Assembly: GCF_000143415.4 (NCBI RefSeq)
Contig: NW_003314294.1
Coordinates: forward strand, 1 to 54,359
Direction: 5' to 3'
DNA length: 54,359 bases
From: Selaginella moellendorffii
Taxonomy: Eukaryota > Plantae > Lycopodiophyta
Shown here: positions 13,401 through 25,111 of the stretch, piece by piece
Layout: each line of letters opens with the position of its first letter
Numbering within the stretch: the first letter of the stretch is position 1
Translations under genes and position numbers: made by a program
The notes under the pieces: generated by a model
The model's database searches: none
What the model saw: the letters and a program-made list of their open reading frames with translations, nothing else
Told to the model about the DNA's origin: nothing

Positions 13401-14545
13401 ATTTCCATTGGGATTCCTTTGGCAAGGGGTTCTCATGAACCCACCAACATAGCCTCAAGGTATCACACCTTGGCACATTTGGTGTCTCCACACCATCGGC
13501 TCCACGAGCCTACCTCTATGACATTTCCCCTTCGTGTCTAAGTCTTTGCCAAGACCAACACCGCTCTTTCTCATGCCAACCATCCGTTAGCACTACACCA
13601 TAGAGGTCACACACAACTTTGTGTCAAAGTTGTTTTCTTTTTTTGGGAACACCTTTCCCACGGCTTTAGCATGGCATATTTTGCCATCGATGAGATACCC
13701 TCTGTTCTCATCCTTGGATCCTATGATCCCCCCCCCCATCCTTTGTGGGGTACAACACACCTCAGTCCAAATGCTTCCATCAGTCCTTTTAGGACCATCC
13801 CTTGACTCTACTTGAGTCATCCAGCAGTTTTGGACTTGGTTAATCCACAGACCCGTAAGGTCCTACTTGTGAGGCACTAGCTCACTGGAATACACTTCTT
13901 GCATTCCTGTCCTACTCAAAAGGACTATTTTCACAAGTGTTACTCCGACACTTGATTTTGTTCTCTGGGGGCAACCTTTGCTCCTTAGGACTACTTGTCC
14001 ATGTGATGAGAATACCAACTCATCCACTTAATACACCCCCAACTCCTTGGGTTGTTCCAGCATTTATTAGAGGTAGCCCCGGCTACCATTTCGAAGACTC
14101 GTGTCCTCATCCATACTTGACCTCTCACGGTCATCCATTCCAGTCTCACCTTCATGAGCACCAGCCTCAACCATGTGAGGATAAACTTGTGACTCCTTTA
14201 TTGTTTTTGGAGTCTCTATCTTCCCCGTGATCCCAACTATAGTTGTTTACCCCAACTACATTAGCCCGTTTGCTGAGTCAAACGCTCATCTGGATCACCT
14301 CCTCAACTCGATGAGGAAAACCTTGCACTGTTCCCAAGATCCCAAAGTCGTTCCATTATTGGCCCCTTTTCTATCCACCACCTTGTCTACAAGTTCACAC
14401 ATGAACTGTAATGGAGAGCCATGTCTTCCCGACCTGCTACTCCTCAAGGATATGCCCACTTCTCGGACCTTCCGTTGCCAACACCAGTGGTGATATACTT
14501 GAGCACAAATAAAAGTCGGACTAAGGAACAGCTCCGATACCAAAT

Positions 14546-16401
14546 TGTAAGCGACTAAATTTTCCATTCTACTTTAGTCACTTAACCACACCTCTGACCA
14601 CTTGGAGGAGTCTCATTCACAACCTCCATAAGTCCAATCCAGGACTTGGGACTTGCTAGCCCCGAGAATAGCATCCATGCCACTCAACATTTGCACTTGG
14701 TCCAAGTGCTCCACGTGTCCGATCCCATGACCGACACTCAAAGGTACCACCGACATAGCAGCCCGTTACGCTAAGGCCATGCCCAATCACCTTTGCCACA
14801 CTGGTAGTCCAATACCACTTGCATCACCATCTTGGCTCTCCAAGACTAGGCAAATCATCCGTGAGTGGTCATCTCAAATCCACTCCTTAGCATCCTTAGG
14901 ATGCCCACCGACAAGGGGAATAGCATTCCCCAATATCCCTCTGTCAGTCCCCATTAAGTCCCTTTCTGCCCCTGGCCGTGTTTGCCAACACTGCCACTGG
15001 ACCGAGACCCACAGGCCCGACCACTAAGTCCCACGGTCCTCTGGGACTTCCTCACCACATGACTGTGTCCTTGGTCACTACCCCAGAGGACTGCTCCTCT
15101 TCCTTTCCACAGTCTGGGCCTTTGGGACAACATTTCGGAACACCATGGCCTTACGCGAGCCACCTGGGTACTCTCCTCGCCTTCTGCCCTTGGGTGCTCT
15201 AGCCATGGGCTTAGAGCGGGTTCCGTTGAGCCACACCAGGTATCCAAGTAGGTAGTGCCACCCACACTTGGACTGGGAGCATCGGCCAGTCGATCTCCCG
15301 GGGGAACTAGAGCCGGCTCTTGAACACTTCACCAAGCTACCCCGCTTGTTGGTCTGTGTTCACTCTAGTCTTGGACTTCCCAGTGGGCAGCTCATCACCC
15401 AACACTGGGTCCGGCCTTCCTGGGCCAAACTGGCCTTTCCTGGCCAAACTGGCTCCACTGTAGTCCTCCCCCTACTATACTTTTGGAGCTCACCAAACCC
15501 CCCAGGGTCTGGGAGACGAACGCTTTGGGCTTTCACCCTCTCAGGCTCCGAACTCGGACTCGGACTCGGACTCGGACTCGGACTCGGACTCGGATTCGGA
15601 CTCGGACTCGGGCTCGGGCTCGGTCTCGGCCTCGGCCTCGGCCTCGGTCTCGGTCCCGATCTCGGTCTCGGTCTCAGTCCCAGTCTCGGTCTCAACTTCG
15701 GACTCCATCTCGGACTCCATCTCGGACTCCATCTCGGACTCCATCTCGGGTCCATCTCGGACTCCATTTCGGGTCCATCTCGGACTCCATCTCGGGTCCA
15801 TCTCGGACTCCATCTCGGACTCCATTTCGGGTCCACCTCGGGTCCACCTCGGACTCCATCTCGGACTCCATCTCGGACTCCATCTCGGGTCCATCTCGGA
15901 CTCCATCTCGGGTCCATCTCGGACTCCATTTCGGACTCCAACTCGGGTCCATCTCGGACTCCATTTCGGACTCCAACTCGGATCCGTCTCGGACTCCACT
16001 TCGGACTCCAACTCGGGTCCATCTCGGACTCCACTTCGGACTCCAACTCGAGTCCATCTCGGACTCCACTTCGGACTCCAACTCGGGTCCATCTCGAACT
16101 CCACTTCGGACTCCAACTCGGGTCCATCTCGGACTCCACTTCGGACTCCAACTCGAGTCCATCTCGGACACTTCCACGTGTCATGTGTTGGTCCTTTTGG
16201 GTCCCTTTTTGGAGCCTCACTTTTTGCTCGCTTCGTGCTCGTTCCTCGAGCACTTCATTGGGAGTTCCACTCCCGCTGTTGACTTTTCAAGTCGGAGCTT
16301 TTGGTCCAAACGTGTTACGCTCGTTTGGCTCTTGCTTCAGCCACTACCACATGGCACCCTTTCCGGCTCCACTTTGGGGCCTAGGGATTTTGTGTCTCAC
16401 A
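14546..16401 (-). repeat. LTR 4 (5' LTR of copy B, 1856 bp)
   Basis: tgtaagcgac...gtctcaca; PBS adjacent; arrays at ~15550-16170. Confidence 0.92.
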
Positions 16402-18634
16402 GCAACTAAGCTAACCAAGGTTAAAGATACTTTAGTTAGTATTTGAGACCAATCCTTCAACATTACTCAGGTATAGATAACACTTCCTCAAGGAGTGCAT
16501 CACCACATCCAAGACTCAATGAAATCCAACACTATGAACTAAACGCAACCAAATGATATTAACAGAGGTAGAGTCGACATGCCAACATAGAAAACCCATG
16601 TAAGTCTAACGACACGATCCTCCGCAACCCCATTCGGTAAAGCAAGCCCATCACTGATAAATTTTCATCGAGTGAAGCAAGTGTCAACAGTCCTTGACAA
16701 AGTCTACAAGCAATCACTAGTTGCCAAGCAACTAACCATCACTTTTTTAACTTGCTTTCATGAGACCCAAACACTAAACTCATGTCATTTAGTCATATAC
16801 TTGTCCAACATGAACGTGATACCTTCGGTATGAAATAAAAGTTCATTGACAAGCATAAACTAAATGACCACTCGAATCCAACTCAACTGCAATAAGCTCA
16901 CTAATGCATTTAGCCACTAGCTCTAAGCATGCCTTGAAGAGGCTAGCTATGCATGATCAACACTCAACTGAAACTAAAGTGAAGACCATGAGATGGATCT
17001 ATATTGGTACACAACCTCCTCATAGACAAAGCTATAGTATGGGTACCAACATCTCAAACTCAAACAACTAAGTTGGACATCACCATCCTTAGCCAAGGCG
17101 CAGAGCCACCAAGACCAAATCAAGATCAGTGAGAGCTCACTACTCTCATAGAGTCTAACGAAATGCAAAGTGCAACCTGCCACCAAGCATAACGCTATAA
17201 AAGAAAAGCACAAGGGTCACCTTTCTAGAAAAGTGCAATGGCCACTTTTCTACACTAACTCCAGACTCTATTCAACTCAATTGCCTTAGCCCCAAAAGTT
17301 AGCATCCCTTTCGGCTGCATTATACAAACTATCTACTAAGGTCTAAGCTAACAGAAGTCAACTCTAACCCTTTCACTAGTTTGTATTGGCTTACGAAAAT
17401 GGAATGGTTTTCGGACAAAGTGATCAACAGATCAGCCTTTGGAAAAGTCTAAGAAAATTTATGGAAAATCTTTCCATTCTAGAGAAAGAATGACTCACAG
17501 TCTAGGAATGCAAACTTTCAAGACTCAACCAATTTCTTCCTACCAACAACTTCACATAGGTTCACCTCAACACAAATTCTCATGACCCATAGTATGCTTA
17601 AGCCTCGAACATTTTTTTGCCCATTCTTTCGTCATCCAACACCGATATCCGTAAAAATGCAAATGGAATATCCAAGGCTTGATCACGAAGACCACATCTT
17701 CGAATATCCACATTGCACTAACACTCTTCTTCAACCATCTTCAAGATCCAATGTGAAGCTAAAACACCAATAAGAAAAATGACATGGAAAATCAAGCTCT
17801 AAGGAAAATTCCTCATCACTCGAATCAACAATGCCACTTCCACTAACACAAGTGCTAGCAATATCAATGCTTTAACTACACACCTTTTCCATCCAACAAT
17901 CTACTCCAAGTGTTAATGGATAAACCAACAAGCCATAACAAATGAATGCTATAACCCTTTTCCAACACTTTACGGGTAAATCCTCAAGGAACAAAGAACT
18001 AACTTAAACTTAGCATAATGGACCACCATTGATAATCCAGTCAAAACTACTACAATGCTACTTCGTGCAAGTAGATTAGCCTCACCATCAACCACTTTGG
18101 GGTTGATCATCATAACCAAGCAACTTCGTAAACACATTGCTCATTATCACATGGATATGATATAAGTATCACAATGGCTTGATCATCAATTGAGTAACAC
18201 CACGAGCAATGCCAATGTCATTACTTCAAAGGTTTATGTGAATATCAAGTGTCAACTCGACTCGACAAAATGCAACATAAATGCCACACTCACCGATAGA
18301 GATTTACAACACTAAACACCACTAACTTTTGTTCACAATATGGACAAGCTCATGCCACTCTTTTTTCGACCAAACTCAAAACTAATCCAACACCAAGCTA
18401 CTCAATGAGCAATAGCAAGGTTCCTCATAAAAGAATTGAGCATTGCAACCCAAGTCTTCCCATAGCAAGCCTAGACAAAATGGTTTAGCGCTTCACCGCT
18501 ATCCATCCCATGACTCACCATTTGTAAGACCATCATAATCAACATGCATCAAGATAGGGACTCTTGATTGCATAATGTGAATACGAGCAATGAGTCAACA
18601 CCTCATTGCGAATCATTTCTTCAAGGCCCTCAAA

Positions 18635-18780
18635 GGCCCTCAAAGAGTATGTGGATGAGAACCTTGCCTCAGGGTACATTTAGCATTTGCAGTCCCCAGC
18701 TGGAGCACCTATCTTTATTCTATGTTTTCTTCACACTTATCATAACTCCCTTATTTTATGTGAGTACCTGGGACATCACT
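18635..18780 (+). pseudogene. Small, internally deleted gypsy RT remnant
   Basis: KEYVDENLASGYI*HLQSPAGAPIF followed by CEYLGHH; resembles the RT motifs SPAGAPILFV and EYLGH. Confidence 0.55.
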
Positions 18781-19063
18781 ATATGATTGAAAAGCTATGC
18801 ATTTTTATATTAGCTAGAGATGCAATAAAATATCATCTGATATATGCAAAATTATATCTAGTATCAAACTCATAATACTCCCATTGTGCTACAAAAAAAC
18901 TGTTGGCATGAATTGTAATTTTCTTATTTATTTGAGTTGATGGTGTTCAATTTGATGGGGCCTTTCCATGATTAACTATTAATAATGAGTTATATTATGA
19001 TTGTTTTTGACTACATGACTCAATGGATTGGAGTTAGTGTTTTAGCTAGTGCATCTCCTCTAA

Positions 19064-19450
19064 TGTCAAGACCCCTGACAAGATCAAGACTGGAAAATGC
19101 AAAAAGACAAAGAGAAAAGCTAGTGGAAACAAAGAAGAGGCCTTAGACTGGCATTGATTCAGATTGTGGAGAAATGGAACAAGGCTAACCTATATATACT
19201 ATAGGTTGATGAAGCTCCACCACTCTTGGATCGAGGACGGCCTAAATATAGTTGAGGTCAAGGAAGCGCCACATCATCATCAGGAATGGGGCTCGAGACT
19301 CAGGAATCGGGAAGTGTCTCGAGAGTCAGGAATAGGGAAGTGTCTCGAGAGTCAGGAATAGGGAAGTGTCTCGAGAGTCAGGAATGTGGTCTGCAGGTCA
19401 GGAATCCGGCGAGAGTTAGGAATGTGGCAAGAATTGGGGGATTCCTGACA
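19064..19450. mobile_element. Solo LTR of a different family (387 bp) with 5-bp TSD TCTAA and an internal 26-bp tandem repeat
   Basis: TGTCA...TGACA termini; TCTAA at 19059-19063 and 19451-19455; unit CTCGAGAGTCAGGAATAGGGAAGTGT in about 3.5 copies at ~19292-19385. Confidence 0.85.
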
Positions 19451-19785
19451 TCTAACATCATTGATAATCTTGCTCACTACCTAGCCAAGTTTTATGTCTA
19501 ATAGGAATTTGGTAGCATGGGTGGTAATATAACTGTGTATAACCTTCTTAGTAGACCTTATTTTGGAGATAAACTATCACACCTACCCTAAATTTTTAAC
19601 AATTTTATTAAAAATTCACATATTTTATAATTATACCCTTTAATGATCTAATGAGCTGACCAAACCACATTCACAAAAAGTGTATGCTTCTTTATCTAAG
19701 ATGTCAAAACATGAAATGCCTCATCTATAAATATAAGACCATTATCTAAGAGAATTTAATTGGGACAAGAATTCTAGAGGGATGG

Positions 19786-19786
<1 letters not shown>

Positions 19787-19819
<33 letters not shown>
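19787..19819. repeat. (TA)n microsatellite
   Basis: About 16 TA units. Confidence 0.95.
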
Positions 19820-19821
<2 letters not shown>

Positions 19822-21476
19822 GAGGGGAAAAATATTAGTGGCTCACTATATAAGCTTTTATATAGTCATAATTCTATATTGCCAATGAAATTATATTTAC
19901 CATTGCAATTGTTTCAAATAACTAATATTAGGTCCTAAAACTAGTATTTAAAGAATATTCTTCCATTAGTCCACTACTAAACACTTGGACACTTAGAAAT
20001 CCTATGCAATCTGTGTTAAGTACCTAATGTTAATTTATTTTCCCAATCTTATGGTATATAGTTTGTATAAAGGGGTTCTTGCTTAGTGAAAAAGGAATAT
20101 ATTGAGTGTTATAACAAAGTTTATAAAACTTGACACAACATTTGATCTTGTAAAAATTGTGTATATGCAACAACTAAAACACTTTTTACAAAGGAATCAA
20201 GAACAAGTTGCACTACCTGCAGATCTTCTACTATGTCTTTATGACATTTGTTTAGATCTACCAAAAAACCCTAATTTAGAAAAGGTTTAGTACATACATT
20301 ATTATTAATTTGATTCAATTTGAACCACTTGTTTTTGTATATAAGCTAGTGTTTGGGCTAATTCAAATATGCAATTATAAGTTTTCACATTAGTGGAAGT
20401 AAGGGACAACTCTAATTTATCTATAAGAAGCACTCAAAATTTATGTTTTTTTTTTGCCTAAATCTTCTTTATCTTTCAAAAGAGTCTTTCCACAAAATTT
20501 ATTTCACTCTTATAAATTTACCTTCTTTTCATTCATAGTTGAAGAGTAAGCTCCTCCTTTGCAGTAGCCTCCTCTTTGTTGTGGAGCAATAACTCATACA
20601 ATTGTTCAAAGCTATATAGTGGGTACAATAATTATTAGATGTTAAAATATAATAAGAATATGTTAAAATATAGTAAGAAATTTCATAAATTATAAATATA
20701 GTTAGAGTTTATAAAGATAAACTAATCTAAATATAACATTATAATAGAATATCAAGGCATTTTTTAGGTTTTCCTATAGGTTTGGAAAAACATTTACAAA
20801 TTTATTTCATAATTGAAAAAGTTTATACATATTTATAATTTATCAACACAGGATTAATCTAAATATATATCAAGTAAATTTTCCCAGTCATAAGTCACAA
20901 GTTTGTGGAAAGTGTTTGATAGTTTCAGGTTAAATTCTTCCTTGTAGAACGTGCTATTGCCCAGGTTTCCCTTCTTTTTATTTAAATTTATATTTAGCTA
21001 AAATTTGATGCCAATTTTATTTGTTTGATTTTATTATTCCAGCTTTGTTGATTCTTTTGATACATTCTTCATTTGATACCTGTTTTATCTACAATAGAAT
21101 ACTATATTCTTGCTTAGTTGCTCATCTTTACAAATAAATTTCAAGGAATATATCTATGTTCTTGAAATTTGGTAAATATTTTTATCTATAAATAATAAAA
21201 CAATTAAATAATAATAGAATTAATTTAGGTAAAGGACAAAAGTAGATATAGAGGATTCTTATATAAGCCTTCACATTAGTTTAACTTTAAATTAATTATT
21301 TCAAACTTATCTTGGAGTATTAGAATAAAATATTTGGGTTACAAAAACTTAAATATTTTTTAATAATATTTTGAAAAATTAAAAAATTGATATTGGTATT
21401 ATAAAATAATCTGCTATAATCTGGACCATCCAATATTTCTATAAGTATGGTTATAGTATTTCTTTAAAAAGGTATT

Positions 21477-22400
21477 ATGGCTTTAGGCATTATACTAATG
21501 TTTTTATTTAGATCAATTAATGCTGCTGAGGTTGGCTTTAGACCAGAAGATACAGGTTATATAAATTCAAATGCTACAAATAGGATTATATCATCTCTAC
21601 TTTTAATGGTAAGAGCTCAAATTCCTCCTGCTACAGAAGTTCCATTAGGTCAAGGTATCAAAGGTGAGGTAACTTTGGCAGATGAAGTATACGGTAAAAT
21701 AAGTGTAAATGTACAAATATGGCTTTATAGCCATGAAAGAGGGAAAAGTTTCAGGCATTGTTCTACTTATCCTACTGGAGAGAATGGTAACACTACTGTC
21801 ATTATATTAGATTTACTTTACTTATTAATGTATTACCGTCCTATTCTTGTATCTTTAGGTTCTAGATTGATTGCTTTAACATCAGGAATTTATGGTATTT
21901 ACTATTGGGTTAGAAATGTACCTCCAGCAAGGCAGCCTAGCTTGAGAACATCAAATCAGTTTATTAATACATTAAATAAGCTTAATAGTTTTAATGATTG
22001 TCATATTTCCTTGAATACATTAATTAGCTCTACAATTCATAATATTTTATTAGAATTCCATTTTATAACATCTCCAAATCAAAAAGCATACCTATATTTG
22101 CATCCTAATTGCAAATTAGAATTATATATTGGAAATAAATCAAAGTGGTTTAAATCAGGAAATTATATAAGATGTTATCTTGTATTACAGGATGATGGAA
22201 ATCTAGTTTTATATAGCATAAACAAAAAAATTGTGTGGTCACCAAATGAATATTGTTATCCCCAACCAAACTGTGTTATGAATTCATATCTTTCATTACA
22301 AAACAATTGTAATTTAGTTTTGTACCAAAATATACAAGATACGTTTTCTAAAGTACCAAGAGTTCAAATCCTTTGGTCAACTGGTACTTTTTGTAATTAA
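21477..22400 (+). CDS. Predicted secreted protein: uncharacterised N-terminal domain plus C-terminal bulb-type (GNA/B) lectin domain, 307 aa
   Basis: Hydrophobic N-terminus (MALGIILMFLFRSINA). Lectin subdomain motifs LYLHPNCKLELY, LVLQDDGNLVLY (canonical QxDxNxVxY) and LSLQNNCNLVLY, then terminal LWSTGT. Paralog at 25112. Confidence 0.78.
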   Translation: MALGIILMFLFRSINAAEVGFRPEDTGYINSNATNRIISSLLLMVRAQIPPATEVPLGQGIKGEVTLADEVYGKISVNVQIWLYSHERGKSFRHCSTYPTGENGNTTVIILDLLYLLMYYRPILVSLGSRLIALTSGIYGIYYWVRNVPPARQPSLRTSNQFINTLNKLNSFNDCHISLNTLISSTIHNILLEFHFITSPNQKAYLYLHPNCKLELYIGNKSKWFKSGNYIRCYLVLQDDGNLVLYSINKKIVWSPNEYCYPQPNCVMNSYLSLQNNCNLVLYQNIQDTFSKVPRVQILWSTGTFCN

Positions 22401-22602
22401 AAACATTAATATAAAATTATTATTTATATTGTCTGCGGTACAGAAGGTAACACTTGTCGAAGTTCCCAAAGAGCAAATTTGGGAATTCTTGGGAATGCCA
22501 GCACCGAACACATCATCCCGCCCAGTGGAGATTGAAGCAAGGAATTGCTTCACAAGACATGGGCAATATTTAGTTTTTTCTTTTGTAAGCTTTTGATGGT
22601 TT

Positions 22603-24386
22603 CTAATTAATGGTTTCTACAAGACTGTTTAGTTGTTCCGTGAAATCAATTTGATCAAGCTGCTCCTTGGCCCGGTGGCTATCTCCATGTGTCTTGTAAG
22701 CACCCAGCAGCGTTCTCATTGCGACATCATCAGCCTCTACCGGCATGCCTTGGATCAATTCCTCGGCGTCTCTCAGCTGGCCAGCTCGAGCAAGCAGATC
22801 GATCATGCACATAAAATGGTCACGAACCGGCTGGATCCCGAAGTCTAGCTGCATGGACACGAAGAAGGAGCAGCCATCTTCGTATCGCCCCCCATGGCTG
22901 CAAGAGAAGATGACGCTCACGAACGTGATCTCGTCCGGATCAACACCTCGCAAGACCATCGCTACAAACAGCTCCAGCGCCTCCCAGAAGCAGCCGTTTT
23001 TGGAGTACGAAGCCATCATCGTGTTCCAAGCGACGAGGTGGTTTGGAGCCGGGATTTGCTCGAACACCGCTCGCGATTCCTCCAGGTTCCCACACTTCGC
23101 ATAGAGATTCATGAGAGCGTTCCCGACAACGATGTCCCGATCCAATCCGGCCTCCACAACCGCGGCGTGGATCATCCGTCCCTCCACGATCGAAGGAATG
23201 CTCGCACAGGCGTCCAGCACGCCCACGTAGCTGAACTTATCGGGATGGAAGCCCTCCACCACCATTCTCTTGAAGAGTTTGAGCGATTCGACATGGCCAC
23301 CCTCGCCAGAGCTCGAAGAAGCGTACATCGCGATCATGATGTTCCACGAGTTGAGATCCCGCGTGATCATGGCATCGAACATCTCCCTGGCTTTGGAGAG
23401 GCGCCTGTTCTGCGTGTAAGCCGTGACCATCGCATTCCACGACACAGTGTTCTTTACGGGCATGTCTTGGAACACGGCCTCAGCATCTGCAAGATGCCCG
23501 TTCTGGGCATACGCAGCAACCATCGCCGTCCACGTCACTACATTCTTCTCGGGCATCTCCTGAAAGACTTGAAACGCTTCTTGGGCACTTCCACACTTCC
23601 CATACATGTCTACGAGCGCGGTCCCCAGCACGACGTCGCAATTGTAGTCTTCCCCGGAAGCGACGATCGTGGAGTGGATGATCTTCGCTACTGCAATTCC
23701 CGCAGGCGCATCTAGAGCTTGGATCACACTCAGATATGATACCTTGTCCGGCTCAACTCCCTGGAAATCCATCTCTCGAAACAGCTCCAGCGCCTCTTGC
23801 ATAAGCCCATTCTGGGCAAATGCTGCTACCATCGCGTTCCAGGCCACCACGTCTCGAACTGGCATATGGCGAAACAATGATCTTGCGTCGTCGAGGTTGC
23901 AGCTTTGCGCGCAAGCAACCAAAATCGCCGTCCAGGAAATGGCGTCCCAAAGAGGCATCTTCCTGAACAGCGTATGTGCCTTCTGCAAATGCCCATTCTG
24001 GGCAAATGCGGAGATCATCGTGTTGAGCGAGTAGATGTTGGGTGTCTCGATGCGCTCGAACGCGGCGATGGCGTCGCCGAGTCTCCCACACTTTCCGTAC
24101 ATCTGGACGAGGTTGTTTCCCAGATACGTATCGCGGTCGTAGCCGGCGAGCGCGATCCGTTCGTGGAGCCGGCGACCCTCTCCCAGTGCCTTGGCGCTGG
24201 CGCACCGCCGGAGGAGAGATCCAAATCTTCCCACATCGATCGCGTTCTTTCCAGAGTCGCGGAGGAGGAGCCCATCGATCGCCTGCTTGAGCTGCTCGCG
24301 CAAACTCTTGTCGCTTAATCTGGGCGATGCTGCTGCTGCTGCTGCTGGATGCTCGTCGTCGCAGCTTAAGTTCTTGCCCACCACTT
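22603..24386 (-). pseudogene. PLS-class PPR gene, 5'-truncated duplicate of 26442-28298
   Basis: Near-identical to the downstream copy, but homology stops at ~24386, removing the ATG and the first ~29 codons. The ORF track starts it at a GTG. Frame otherwise open. Confidence 0.7.
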
Positions 24387-25111
24387 TTCCTATATTTTAA
24401 ACTCCATTGGTAATATTAGTTTTGCTTGAACTCTATTGATGTTATGATTAAGTAGTAGTTCTCTAGTAAAGGTTATATATAACTCTAGTACATTAGTGTT
24501 TGCTATCATTTCTTCAAATGCTTAATTTAAAAGATTTTATAACTTGCCTCCAACCTTCAAGGAGGTATTAAGATTTTAATATATAAATAATTTTGTTTTA
24601 TAGATCACAATCACTTTAGAGTTTTTAGAACTTGAGGCTCTGGAAGTTTTTACAAAGAGCTAGACCATTCTTGAGCTCACAAGTTAAAGAGTTGAATTTA
24701 TGAGTTAAGTTTGATACAAACATTATAAGCTTTAACATATTATGGCAAATATTTTCACAACTCTCTGAATATTATATAAATATAAAGGAATACATATATT
24801 GATGGAGCTATTTGTTTGTAAATTATAATAGAAGTAAATTTAGGTGGACTTAAATAATTAAAAGAATTATATAAGCCACTCCATGAATGTAAGCCCTTCA
24901 TATAATATTAATTTTAAATAACTATTCCAAAACTATTTTGGAGTATTAGAAAAAATGACATTGTGAATAACAAAGAATTAAATATTTGTTTTATGAAGAT
25001 GTAAACATATTTAGAAACAGTGAGGTTGGCATTATAAATATCTCAATTTGTTATAATCTGGACCATCCAATATTTGTATAAGTATGTTAGTATTCCTTTA
25101 AAAATTGTATC

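Larger units (their letters stand above)
8622..16401 (-). mobile_element. LTR retroelement copy B (7.8 kb; two LTRs and a ~4.1 kb apparently non-coding interior; LARD-like)
   Basis: LTRs at 8622-10446 and 14546-16401. PBS TGGTATCGGAGC at 14531-14542. Purine-rich tract (ATGGGTGGTGGAGT on minus) at 10447-10460. Flanks CCAAA and GCAAC do not form a TSD. Confidence 0.88.

Noticed and set aside
3575-16446. Long low-complexity ORFs (SP/RP/ES/LG repeats) in the LTRs
   Set aside because: They arise from stop-poor 6/12-bp tandem arrays open in several frames on both strands; no domain evidence.
16402-18630. Possible decayed retroelement or gene sequence
   Set aside because: Looks TE-derived, but I could not recognise any motif or boundary.
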